A stretch of DNA of 64,000 bases from positions 94,242,001 to 94,306,000 of the forward strand of contig NW_024704742.1 of assembly GCF_018977255.1 (NCBI RefSeq), given 5' to 3'. The position numbers and the translations under genes were made by a program. Within the stretch, counting starts at the first letter, position 1. The number at the start of each line of letters is the position of its first letter. This document shows positions 25,960 to 38,579 of the stretch, piece after piece. The stretch is from Callorhinchus milii. Taxonomy: Eukaryota. The notes under the pieces were generated by a model. It saw only the letters and a program-made list of their open reading frames with translations, made no database searches and was not told where the DNA came from.

Positions 25960-26346
25960 GTTATAAAGAGAGACTACAAAAATTGGTGTTGTTTTCATTC
26001 GAACAATGGTTGAAAGAAGACGTGATAGAGGTGTTCAAAATAATGAGGGGTTTGATAAGAAATTATTTTCACTGGTCGGTGAATCATTGAATTTAGGCTT
26101 ATTATCGAACATCTAAGAGAGAGGTGAGGAGAATTTTATTTAACGGGTTGTCGGGAAATGGAATGCCCTGCCAAAAATCATTGTTTAAGGAGAAACCATA
26201 AAAGCTTTTAAAAGGAATTGGCCCCATATTTGAAAGTACGTGTACAAAGGGATATGGGAAAGGGTAGGTTTGTGAGACGGAATGAGTATCTCTGAGGGAG
26301 TCGGGGCAGACATGCTGGGTTGAATGGCCTTCTTTGATGCTGTATC
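25960..26346 (+). mobile_element. Old CR1-type LINE 3' fragment
   Basis: gacgtgatagaggtgttcaaaataatgagggg...tggaatgccctgcc...gggttgaatggccttct...gctgta resembles the CR1 3' region at 9359-9860. Confidence 0.7.
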
Positions 26347-27309
26347 TTGAATAGTTTCAAATGATGTAACATCCAGCAGAATTAGAGACCTATGGAGTTT
26401 GATTGGCTGCTATCTGCTTTACGTTTTGTTTTTTCATTGGTCAGTTGGGTGACTGACACATGGAGAAACCCATCCCCATACTTAAGATTATCCAAACCAA
26501 ACTAAGAATTCCATACATCCCACCTACACATGGAAATTCCAGAGATAGATTGTTGCAATAGCCTTACATTTTACTCCCACAGACTCCCTTCACAGCAACC
26601 CCCACCCCTCACACAAACACACACACAAGCAGGCATAATTCCAGGCTCAGCCTTATATGATTTAATGTTATCATATTTGCAGCATTAATTTTGAGGGGAT
26701 TGGGGAAAAAATCCGTCACTTGGTCTTTGAGAAGAAACACACCCTGGGAATATTAAAAAAATCTCTAACACGAAAGAGCAATCTTGTAGAAAATGCTTAA
26801 AAACACCTTACGAGTTATTAATCAGTACTGCTAACAAGACAGATTGCTGCCTTCAAACACAGACACTAAACTTGAAAGTAATTACTACAAAGAACAATGT
26901 GATGAGACTCTATAACACTGCAAGTTCTTTCAGATCATCAGATTTTTAAAATTATTTTTAATAATATTTTGATATAGCGTCCTATCATGTCATTGAGACA
27001 TCGCAAAGCGCTTCACAAGATCTTACTATGAATTGTATGTACCGCGTCAGCCAATTTGTGCACAGCAGTGACCTACAAACATCCATGGAGTGAAAGGACT
27101 AATTTTATCTCGAGGATTCTTGGCCAGGACATCAAGGGAAACTCCCTTCCCTAAATGAGTATCTCTGAGGGAATCAGGGCAGACAACGGGCTGAATGGCC
27201 TCCTTCGATGCTGTATCTTGAATAGTTTCAAATGATGAAACATCCAGCAGAATTAGAGACCTATGGAGTTTGATTCTTCCTCCACCTGAACAGCAACAAC
27301 AACTTGCAT

Positions 27310-27688
27310 TGTGGAGTCCTGTAGCTCAGTGGTTAGAGCACTCGCCTCGCAAACGAGGGGACCTGGGTTTGATTCCTGGCAGAGCGAAAAATTAGTAAGT
27401 TTTCTTACTCCACACGTCTCTGTTTATCTAGTGGTGAGTAGGAACCCAGTTGTTAGTCGATTGGAAGATCGCTTTTCCGGGGGTAATAATCTCTTCAATA
27501 AAAAAAATTTGGTCACTCAATCCATAACTGTTTGTGGAACACTGCTGTGCCAATTGGTTGCCACATTTTGCCCACAAAATATATAGTCAATTCACTTTAT
27601 ATTGAATCACTTTATATTTTGTGAAGCGCTATGAGACATTTCGAAGACATGATAAAGCGCAATAATGCAAAGATTATTATTATTATTT
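27310..27688 (+). mobile_element. Full-length tRNA-derived SINE (Ala-CGC-like head)
   Basis: A-box tagctcagtggttagagc, anticodon arm ctcgc-ctCGCaa-acgag, B-box gggtttgattcc, family body, stem-loop and (TTA)n tail. Confidence 0.9.
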
Positions 27689-28899
27689 ATGTTGCACCCT
27701 TCATGCAGGGTAGCATCTCAGAGAGGTTAACAGTGGTGGATCTTGATGCCAAGGCAGATGGGACCTCAATTTAACATCTCATCTGACTGAATTCACCTCT
27801 GACAATTGAGCTTCCCCTCAACACTTACTGAAGTGTCAGCCTAGATTGTAAGCTCAGAGTCACAATGAAACATATTGCTTGCAATGTTAAGAGAAGCCCT
27901 GCTGGTTATTATACACTACAGTGTTTGTCCAACTAGATTTGGTTTTACAAATATTTTACGCAAGTGTAAGGGATTTGCTTAAAACATCCTCAAGTTCAAT
28001 GTTTGGAGCAAATGTGGATATTTAAATGGTCACATCGATTACATTTACACATAGTTTTAAAATGATCTCCAATGGAACATGGACTTAAAATTGTTGTGCA
28101 TTTCACTGGAGAATGACCATTCATGTTGTGTGAGGTTATGTGCACCAAAGATTAGGCTAAAGCTTTTGTAATTCCTATCTGTGATAACACTTACTGATAA
28201 GCTTAGATATCTGCCAAAGAAGACCTTCACCCAATTTATATCAACTACATCAGATAGTCTCTAGAACTGAATCCGATAATTGAAAATTCTTTTTCATATA
28301 TTTTCGTACTGATTCAGCTCTAACTCCAGACAGAGAGAAAAGAATTATATAGTTACTTTCTGAGATAGTGTGCTCTTGAGCTCCAGGTACTGATGTATTG
28401 GCATCAACATTTGCCTTTCATCTGCACTGTTCATCACCAAGCCACAGAATGTGTCATTGTTGCAATGTGTTAGTTCTTCAACAGTTTGTGTACCTGTGTA
28501 ATGGGTCCAAAGTCTGATGTGGTGTATGTGTGTGCCTGGGGCAATGATACCAGGGCTCAAAAGCCACATCTTATAATTATTTAAAAAGGCTACATTTACC
28601 AAAGCATCTTATAAAATGTTTACAAACATTTCTTTATTTTTCTGATAGCTACTGAACAAATTATAACAAACTATAAAGGCAAAGGAGTCTGTATCATGAT
28701 AGATTAAGATGGGATAATTTCCTCCCAACGGAAAAATCGCTTTCTAAATTGTATTGTGTTTGTATTGTACACAGCTATGTTTTCTTTGTAAACTGGTCTT
28801 TTTAGTCAGATACTAGTCTTGCTATCATTCTAGGCATGATGCTCTTTTTGATCTACCTTACTTTGCATTGATTCATTTTCTGATGCTGTCAAATAGTAA

Positions 28900-29249
28900 T
28901 AATATAATAATCATCATTGCATTTGATATAGCACCTTATTACGTCTTCGAGATGTCTCCAAACACTTCACATATACTGTGAAATGAATTAACTGCATTTT
29001 GTGGGTGAAACGCGACAGTCATGAATTGAGTGACTACATTATTATTATTACTTTTAAGGGATAATTTTTTAAAAACCCTCGAAAAAGCGATCCACTGATC
29101 GACTAACAACCGGGTTCCTACTTACTGCTAGGTGAACAGAGGTGTGTGGAGTAAGAAAACTTGCCTAATGTTTGGCCCCGCTGGGAATCAAACCCAGGTT
29201 TCTCACTGGTGAGGCGAGTGCTCTAACCACTGAGCTACAGGGCTCCACA
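28900..29249 (-). mobile_element. tRNA-derived SINE, same family
   Basis: Reverse complement of the head (ctctaaccactgagctacagggctccaca) at the right and of the tail (ttgcatttgatatagc) at the left. Confidence 0.88.
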
Positions 29250-30011
29250 AATGCAAACACCAGGTCTAAAATGTGATTTTTCTTTTCTATTTCTTAATAA
29301 GAAATCCATTAGAATTCCTCGTTAACTCATGGGAATTACATTGGTTGGTTGTGTCGCAGTGTGGTTCAGCCTGACATAACATTGGTTACTACAAAAGGGA
29401 AGGACTTGCGCTGCTTAGATTCCTTATTGAAACAGATGCAACAACAACAAGATTCCATTTACAGAGCGCCTTTCACGTCGGGAAGAGGTCCCAAGGCGCT
29501 GGGACATAACATATTTTAGACCTTAATACGTCAGTTTTTTACCCTGAAAATATTAATTCTCCTCCCGATGCTAGGAAAATGGAGATCAGGGCTATATCAA
29601 ATGCAAGGATTATCATTATTACTATTATTGTCTCCTTAGCACAAAATGGATGCACTTAGACCTCAAACAAAATGTGACTCATATTTACCCCGTAGAAAAA
29701 CAAATCAAGGCCATTCAGATAAGAGAGCAGGAAAGATTATCTTACCGGTGGAAAAAAGCAGTTTGTTATTTTCAAAAAGGGAAAAAAACGTTTTGCATTA
29801 ATTCTACCAAAATACAATGCAAGTAAAATAATTGATAATTTCACTATTTCTTTTGTTGGTTGTCAATTCCCTCTGTACAAATGTTTTGTACAACCCACCA
29901 TTCTTTATTTAGCACATCAATTGGAGGAATAGAGACTTAGTTTCAACATTCACCCACAAAATACACTCACTCTTACACACTCACTCCTGTGAATTGCTTT
30001 ATTTGAGACAT

Positions 30012-30417
30012 TGTGGAGTCCTGTAGCTCAGTGGTTAGAGCACTTGCCTTGTAGGAGAGAGGAGCTGGGTTTGATTCCCACTAGGGCAAAACGTTGGGCA
30101 AGTTATCTTAATCCACACGCCTCTGTTTACCTAGCATTAAGTAGGAACCCGGTTGTTAGTAGATTGGCGTATCGCTTTTTCGGGGTTAATTAGCCCTCAA
30201 AAAAAAATCCTGCCCCCGCCCCCCCCCCCCCAAAAAAAATGTGGTCACTCAATCCATGACAGTTTCTGGAACAGTACTGTGCACAATTGGCTGTCATGTT
30301 TCTTCCACAAAATGTACAGTTAATTCACTTTACAGTATATTCTATGAAGCACTTTGAGACATAACAAAGACTTAATAAAGGTACTATATCAAATGCAAGG
30401 ATTATTATTGTTATTAT
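30012..30417 (+). mobile_element. tRNA-derived SINE, same family
   Basis: tgtggagtcctgtagctcagtggttagagc...ttgggcaagttatcttaatccacacgcctctgtttacctagc...atcaaatgcaaggattattattg. Confidence 0.9.
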
Positions 30418-30474
30418 CCTCCTGATATGAAAGGTATTATACTAAATGTAAGGTTTATTAATTAAGATCATCCA

Positions 30475-30990
30475 AACCTCTGCAGCTCATGTACTCTCAC
30501 GCACCAGGCTCCGTGACCCCATCACTCCCACCCTCACCCGACTCCACTGGCTCTCCAATACCCCAGAGGATTGAGTCAAGATCCTCGTCCTCAACTTTAA
30601 GGCCATCCATGGCCTTGCCCCCTCCTACCTCTCTGACCTGCTGACTCCCTACCAACCTGCCCGCTCCCTCCATTCATCGGGCTCCGGGCTGCTCCATGTC
30701 TCCCACCCGACCCGCTCTACCATCGGTGGCCGGGCTTTCAGCCTCTCTGCCCCCACACTCTGGAACTCCATCCCACGGTCCTTTTGCATCGCTTCCTCCC
30801 TTGATCATCAAGGCCGGTCTCAAGATCCTTCTCTTCGACTGTGCCTTTGGTCTCCCTCCCACCTCTCTGCCTTCCCTCACCCCTACACCACCCCTCCCCC
30901 ATGCTCGGGCCTCGACACCTGACTGTTCAGCGCTTTGGGACATCCTCCCGACGTGAAAGGCGATCTGTAAATGTAATTTTGTTGTTGTTG
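30475..30990 (+). mobile_element. 5'-truncated L2 3' end
   Basis: Colinear with about 49615-50150 (ctccactggctc, aaggccatccatggccttgc, stem-loop, ttgttgttg tail). Confidence 0.9.
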
Positions 30991-32608
30991 TTAATTATTA
31001 TTATAATTCTTATAACATTCATCTTTCTAAAATAACTAATAAAGTATGCAGGGCTACTATCCTTCATGTTCTTATGGTTGAAACGTATTTGTTTCTTCTA
31101 GCTTTGGATCTCATGACACCATGACATGTATGACACCATTATACGTGTTGTGGTGTCTTGAGTGGTGTAATATAGATCTAGAGTGACTTTAAATTGCCTT
31201 TAATCTGCAATGTTCCTACCGAGGAACAATGAATGAGATAGTATCCTGCAGGAAAAAGGGATCATTCATTGTAATTTGCTTGTTTTAAAGATCTGATTCT
31301 GATATGCACAGATTGCCCAAATGTTTGTGAATTTTCTTGCACCAGTAAAACTGACCTAGTTTTTTGTTTACTTTGATTGGGTTTACGTGAGATCTAAACA
31401 TATTAATACATACTATTTATATTGTTATATTTACATATATATTTTGGTGGTGGTGTATTAAACTGCTCTGTTCTTGTAATTTGACAACATTTACTACATT
31501 TTAAGGATTTCCGGGAAAGGGTGTTTGGTGGGGGGGGGGGGTGGGAGGGGAGTGGGAGGAGAGCGAAATGCACCTCTAATACCTTTTTATGTTGAGGAAA
31601 AGAATTGAAAACGACGATGTGGCAGGAGGTCATTAAAGTCTCAAAATCTGACAACATCTCATTGCACTAGAAGGAGACATGTGTAATACAACTCTCAGAT
31701 TTAGAAACATAATGTGGGTATTTTTATAATCCATCACACTGAGTAACCATAGGAACAATGTTTCCATTCATTTGTCCAAAGGACATTATTTGTGCTTTCA
31801 CTTACAAAGGACACGGCATAATTCCAATGCCATCTATCTGGAAATGCATATAAGCAACCTAACTAATTAAGTTCAGGAATCCTAACCCTCTTCAACATTA
31901 CAGTAACGCCCATTCATTACGAAATGTCTTGAGGCTAAGGCGGTGTTAGAATCTGGTGATCAGTTCAATATTATTAAATAAGCAGAAAGTCCCACTGCAT
32001 CCATTGTAACATTAATAATAATCATCTTTGCATTTGATATAGCGCTTTTCACGTCTTCTAAACGTCTCAAAGCGCTTCACAGAATATACTGTAAAGTGAA
32101 TTGACCGTATATTTGTGGGCGAAATGCATTGTAGTGCATAAGCTTAGCACTTGGTGATGCATATCACGATGTTGGAGGATGACACAGGAGCATAAGAAAG
32201 TCATTTATCCCATCAAGCTTCTTCCACCAGTTTATTAGATCATGGCAAACCTTTTAATCTAATTTCTCCTCCTTTTTTCCATACCCTTGTAATGCCTAAA
32301 TATTAGAGGGAAATATACCATTCATAATTAACCCAATTATAAACAATAATTGAAAATTAGTTATTTAAAATAGCTTTGACCAGCACCATTTTGTGTTCTC
32401 TATCTCACTATTATTCCCCCTTTTCTTTCTTCTTCAGCAGATTAGAGACTACTTTTCTAATTTAAAAAAGCATAAACACAAACAACTCCAAACAGAAGAG
32501 AATCCAAGAAAATATGAGAAAACTAAGTAAACTTGGAACCCCCAAGCCCATAACTTTAACCTTGAACACAAACCCTAATATAAGCCTTCAACCAAGGACT
32601 AACTATTG

Positions 32609-32938
32609 CCATATCACACCACATCAAAGTGTATCACACTATGCTATATCATGTCATGACATGTCACACTACATCATGTTGTGTTACACCATACCAAGCT
32701 ACCTCATTCCATGCCATGTCAAATCACACTAAATCATGTCATGCCAAACAATATCACACTATACAACTATCACACCATATCATTGACGCTATACTATACT
32801 GCCTCATGCCACACCACACCATGACTACCCATGTCACGTTACGTTATGCCATGTCATTACTATGTTGCATCACACTATGCCATGTCATTACTATGTTGCA
32901 TCACACTACGCCACGAGATCAGTGTAACACAACACAGT
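32609..32938 (+). repeat. Degenerate pentanucleotide-period repeat (CATCA/CACTA/CATGT)
   Basis: 5-nt periodicity visible, with an exact internal duplication gccatgtcattactatgttgcatcacacta. Confidence 0.75.
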
Positions 32939-34445
32939 CCATGGATGGGCAGCCCCATTTTATCAACTAACTTACCCTGGGAGATCCGCTACCACTCAAA
33001 ATAATATTAAACTTAATTTAAAAAAGCACTTACCTGAAAAAGCACAAATCTTCCTCATAAATCCTTCACATCCACTGGTTAAACTCTCCCATTAGACCCC
33101 AGAAAATTTCAAAGACGTTTTTATGTATCACATCATGTAACACGAGCTGTTATTTTTTTACTGTCTCTATATAATAGTGGACAACGTAATTCTGCCCACA
33201 AAATACACAATCAATACACTTTACAGTATATTCTGTGAAGCGCTTTGAGATGTAGCAATGGTGTTAAGGCTCTATACCAATTGCAAGGATTATTATTAAT
33301 TGGTTTTCTTTTGACAGGTAACAATCAAGACAAAATGTAACTAAAAAGGACAGATCCCTCCTAACATCAACCAAAGATCTGAGAGTTGGCCAGGACTGTG
33401 CTTATGTAAGCTAGACTGTTCTTTGAAATATGAGGTATGTATTCTCTTTTTTCTTCCTCATTTTGCATCCTTCACACACTGCTGGAGTCTACCAAGGTAG
33501 TGAAACCTTGGAAGGTATGTCCTGATGGGGCAGCAAAGATTCCAGCTGCTGAAATACGTTAACTTGGTACTTCTTCCAGGTTCAGCTGGTAGTGTTTTGC
33601 GAAGCTATGAGGATTACTCTATATAGTTGCTTTACAAATGACCTCCAGGAAGACCTGATGCAAAGGAGCTCAGGATGTAGCAGCAGATCCAGCCACATAG
33701 AGGCAAATGTGGCAGCTAATTTGCACTTAGCAATGACCCACAGTCAGCCATGAATAATAATAATAATAATAAACCTTGCGTTTGATATAGCATCTTTCAC
33801 ATCTCAAAGAGCCTCACAAGATTTACTGTAAAGTGTAGTGACTGTTTATTGCGTTGCTCCCTCCCTTACCTCCTTCAAGGCAAGTCTTAAGACCCTCCTC
33901 TTTGATGGCACCTTCGGTCACTCTCCCACCCCTACCGTCCCTGCCCTCCACCCCTTCTGATCCCAACCCCCTGCCGGGTCCAAATCATTGACTGTTCAGT
34001 GTCTTGCCACGTTCTCCCGAAGTGAAAGGCATTATACAAATGCAAGTTGTTGTTTATTTTGCAGCAGCCAAGTTTCGCAAAGCAATGTCCCAGAAACAGC
34101 CATGAAGTCAATGGGCAATTTTATCTGGGGATTGTTGGTCAGGATATCAGGGAAAATAACCCTTTCTTTTCAAATAGTGCCATAGGATCTTTCATGTCCA
34201 TCTGAACGGGTTTAAAAAAAACATTTAAATAAGAACTAACAGGTGGACACAGTGTGGCTCACTACGATACAGGTGGTGGAACATGGCACAAACTTGTCAT
34301 AAGACATGATGCGTCAAAGCTTCTTAAAGGAGCAGGGCCCCTGTTTTCAAATTTATCTTGTGTTCCGGGGTCTAACAGTAACAGTAACGTTCACCCTGCG
34401 GTACATGGAGGGTGTGAAACCGGGAATCATTAACATCTCATATTT

Positions 34446-34782
34446 TGGAGTCCAGTCGCTCGGTGGTTAAAGCACTTGATTCCCGGGCAGAGCAAAACCT
34501 TAGGCAAGTTTCCTTACTCCACATGCCTGTGTTTACCTAGCAATAAGTAGGAAGCCGGTTGTTAGTTGAACGGCGGATTGCTTTCCGAGGGTAATAATTC
34601 CTCAAAAAAATCCAGTCATTCAATCCACGACTGTTTGTGGGACACTGTTGTGTGCAGTTGGCTGCCAAGTTTCACCCACAAAATACAGTCAATCCACTTT
34701 ACAGTATATTCTGTGAATTGCTTTGCGCCAACTCAACGACATGATGAGGCGCTATATCAAATCAAAGACTAATATTATTATT
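34446..34782 (+). mobile_element. tRNA-derived SINE with the anticodon arm deleted
   Basis: tggagtccagtcgctcggtggttaaagcact joined directly to tgattcccgggcag, followed by the family body and tail. Confidence 0.85.
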
Positions 34783-34847
34783 TCTGCCTTAAGACAGTTA
34801 ACAACATCCCACTGAAATCATCCAGTGCTACACTGGATGATTTCCAG

Positions 34848-34981
34848 TTTGTGGGACATTGCTGTGCGCAATTGGCTGCCGCGTTCGCCCACAAATGTAC
34901 AGTCAATTCACTTTACGGTGTGTTCTGTGAAGCGCTTTGGGACGTCCTCCCGACGTGAAAAGCGCTATATCAAATGCAAGG

Positions 34982-35011
<30 letters not shown>
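34848..35011 (+). mobile_element. Young SINE 3' fragment with a well-paired stem-loop and long (TTA)n tail
   Basis: agcgctttgggacgtcctcccgacgtgaaaagcgct atatcaaatgcaagga(tta)n. Confidence 0.88.
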
Positions 35012-35013
<2 letters not shown>

Positions 35014-35097
35014 ACACGCACAAAATAAAACTGTTCAGATGAGCTGTTTTTTTTCCATCAAAAAAAGCAGTTTATCTAAATGTCTTTTTAACGCAGC

Positions 35098-35130
35098 TGT
35101 TTATTGTTGAAGCTGCATGAACTTTGAACA
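35098..35130 (+). promoter_or_regulatory. Candidate FBP1 liver-type module: forkhead TGTTTAT plus DR1/HNF4-like TGAACTTTGAACA
   Basis: TGTTTAT at 35098-35104 and TGAACTTTGAACA at 35118-35130 (reverse complement TGTTCAAAGTTCA), about 330 nt upstream of the ATG. Motif match only. Confidence 0.4.
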
Positions 35131-35459
35131 CGCTGGCTAACGTTTCCTCTCTCTTTCGCTCCATCTACACCCCTGATTCTGATTCGACTGCTCTGTAATG
35201 GGAGTTCCTCCTCTTTCCTGGTTAAATTTTGCAGGGGATTGGTGAAAAGTACTGAATCGCAAATGGTGCCTCCCAACTGCAGTTTTTTTGTGTGTGTAGG
35301 GGGTGTGTATGTGCCTGGCTTTGTATACTGTACTTATAACCAGACAGAGCTTCCTTGTTTCCTGTTTCAAATTGAGCAGTCTCTCTGTCTCTCTCTTCCT
35401 CTCTCTCTCTCTCTCTCTCCTTCACCTCCTTTACAGGATTGAAGACCATCATCTTCACC

Positions 35460-35629
35460 ATGACAGATAACACTACTTTTGACACCAATGTTATCACTCT
35501 GAACCGCTTTATGCTGGAGGAGACCAGGAAACACAAAGGCACTGGCGAGTTCAATCAGCTCATCAGCAACCTCTGCACAGCCATCAAAGCCATCTCCTCT
35601 GCAGTCAGGAAAGCTGGCATCGCCCACCT
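35460..35629 (+). CDS. FBP1: Fructose-1,6-bisphosphatase 1, coding exon 1 (170 nt)
   Basis: [57 protein letters not shown], start context accATG, donor CT|gtaggt. FBP1-type features: E20, LCTA, GIAHL. Confidence 0.95.
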
Positions 35630-38579
35630 GTAGGTATTCTCTGTGTTTTACAAGTGTAATCCTTACCTGACACCATAAATAACTTCTCTTCACTATGGGA
35701 CGGGGGCGGGGAATACTAATAATATATAATAATCCTTGCATTTCATACAACGCCTTATCACTTCGTTGCGACATCTCAAAGCGCTTCACAGAATATATTG
35801 CAAAGTGGGCGAAGCCTTTGGGTCAGGTTATTGCTTATTCCTCTCCTTGTATTCTCTGGCTTTGGTACGTACACCTTTCAGATAGTACTTTGTTAGCAAC
35901 CCCTGCATAAATTAACCTCATTTTTGTTTGGCTTTCTTTTTTAAAAGACAAAACTTTTGTGGAAATTGAAAGAATGCATTTTAGTGGCAGACTAGACTGC
36001 ATAGTATTGAGCCCAACCTATTCCACTCCATTACACATTGATATTGGAAGGCAATAAAATTACAAGAAGCCCTAAGAATCTCTTTGACCCCGTCAGTCAG
36101 TTTAATCCACAGTACATGTGGATGTTCTCAATCCATATATTGTATGTGATCTGCTAGTTTTAATCCACATATTTCCTGAATCTGGGAAGGTACTGCTCTT
36201 TTATTTAAACAGTTTTACATTCACTTTTTATGCAGCGTTGTTCTCCCACTTCTCTCTGACTTATTTTGTGTTCTGAGCATTTTAATGCGAAGTGAGTAGA
36301 CAGTCATGTGTGGCCTGTTTGTTGTGGAATTGAGTTGTGGTTTCAGTTTGGAGGTGTGGTCTTCAGCCTATCCAATTATCGAGTACAGTACTGATTGCAT
36401 ATTAGGAAGTGCTGCCTCATGCTTACATTACATTTCTTTACACTGCTTTCTTGTTTAAATTGGAGATCCTTTAACTGGCCTCTTCAGCTATCAGAAACCA
36501 GGACTTGCATGTCACTAATTCAGTATCACCACACATTGGTTCAATAATAATCCTTGCATTTTGATGTAGCACCTTTCACGTCCAAAGTATGTCTCAAAAT
36601 GCTTCATAGGATTTAGTGTAGAGTGTCTGTGTATTTTGTAGGTGAAATGGTTTAAAGATGCCTGGAGGTTTGTCAACATTTTGTCCTACAATTTTATTTC
36701 ATGAATTCATGCCAATCGTTATCTACGTTAGGTTTACAAATGTAACCTATTTTGATATATGCCATGCAAAATTGTGCTTTCAGTTTAGCTGTAGAGATGA
36801 AATCAATAGAAATGTTTAAAAGGAGACAGACACTTGAGTAGAAGCTTTAAAGGAATATGGTGAAAGAGTGGGTCGTTGGGAGAAAAAGATATACAAAGAT
36901 CTAATAAATTGGTGGAACAGGTTCTAGTGGCTGAATAGTTGATGTTTTCTTATGTTCTTAACTGCTTAGGAATTGTACAACATATTTGATGTAGCAATAC
37001 CCTGCTGGTAGGTAAAAGATAAATTGCTGAGGGTGACCTCCAATCCTGAAGGTATTTGACTCTCCTCCTACTAAGGTACAGTTCCATCAATGCCAGTTGC
37101 CTTCCCATATCTCATCCAAATAACTATTACTTATGTGTGAGCTTTGGCAGGGAATGTAGACAGGCTATTTGATTGCAAGAACATCATGACCGAGCCCAAT
37201 CTTGCACTCTCCTGACATCCACAACTATACACTATCCAGCAGAGATCTCAAAAAATAATAATTGCATTTGATGTTTCGCCTATATCATCAAGAACGTCTC
37301 AAAGCACTTCACAACATTTCTGATAAAAAAANGGCAATGACTATATTTGTGGAGAAACAAGGCAGCCAATTTACACGTAAATTGACCAATTTTATCTGAA
37401 TTGGTGGCCAAGACACCAGGAGAAGCTTCCTTTCTCTTTTCGAATCGTTGCACGGAACCTTTAACATACAAGCAGAACCAGACCTCAGTTTAATGTTTCA
37501 TTCCAAAGGACGACGAGTTCACCAATGCCTGTTTCTCCAAACACTCGACTGGAGTGTCAGCCTCCTAGATGATAAGCTCAAAGTCCTGATACGAACCCTC
37601 AATCTTCAGGCTCAGAGACTAGAATGCAACTGAGCCGGGCTGATAAAATTGGGTTGTGCAAAAGGATTATACTGTAACTATTTCTCCATACAGATGTATA
37701 AAACTTTATCAAGCAAGAAAAAGAGAGAAAGATCTCTGTCCCCCTTTCTCTTCTTCCACCCCGTCTCCATCACATGGCACATGATTAGAAAAGGTAGTGG
37801 AGATATAGTACTCTATAGTACTCCACTTGTATCCAGGCGTTTTGTACTGTGCTCTGTTAGGCAACAGATCAGAAGTTCTCACTGGACCATACAGCAAACT
37901 TGCTGGTGCAGTTTGGTCTATGCTTACCTGCATTCTTTGAAAGCAGGAAGCAAGTGATCGGGTCCACGCTCACACAACATTATTATTTAACCAATGAATT
38001 TATACTATTGATGTGATCTGAAAGATGTGGCTACAAAATCATCTTTCGGTCTGCAGCATTGTACACTGCGGATTTGCTCAAGAGTTCAGTCTACCCTACC
38101 CAGCAGCGGAACTTTGAACTGTTTCACTGAAAATGGAAAATATTTACAAAACATTCAATTATTTACTGACTTCAAGGTCTTAATGGTTTAACGCATTGTT
38201 AACTAGGCATTGTGAAACTTTTAACAAATGTTTTTGTTAAAATTCTGTACTTATAACCAGACAGATATAACCATGTTTTTATTAAAATATTAAGAAATTC
38301 CATTATTTGAAAAGGCAATTCTGTCAATTATTTGGCATTAATATTTGCAGAAATTGTTTTTGTGCACTGACTAAAATGTGGAGCAGAAGGCTACATGTTT
38401 AGAGTGGAGGTACTTCCTCTGTCTAGCCACTAAATGGTTTATATGCAGTCAATGCAGCATTGCTGTTTACCTTGCAGTTAGTAGGAACCCGGTTGTTAGT
38501 CGATTGGCAGATCGCTTTTCCAGTCACACTTGGGATATAGTAATGCTGTTGCTTGCAACCTTCAGACTCAACAACAGAA

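Noticed and set aside
27312..27387. tRNA-Ala(CGC) gene (also about 11433 and 40299)
   Set aside because: The tRNA-like part has a poor acceptor stem and continues straight into a shared SINE body and LINE-type tail in multiple divergent copies.
35439..35459. N-terminal extension MKTIIFT of FBP1 from the ORF track
   Set aside because: It starts at a TTG. The ATG at 35460 has good context and gives the conserved 170-nt coding exon.
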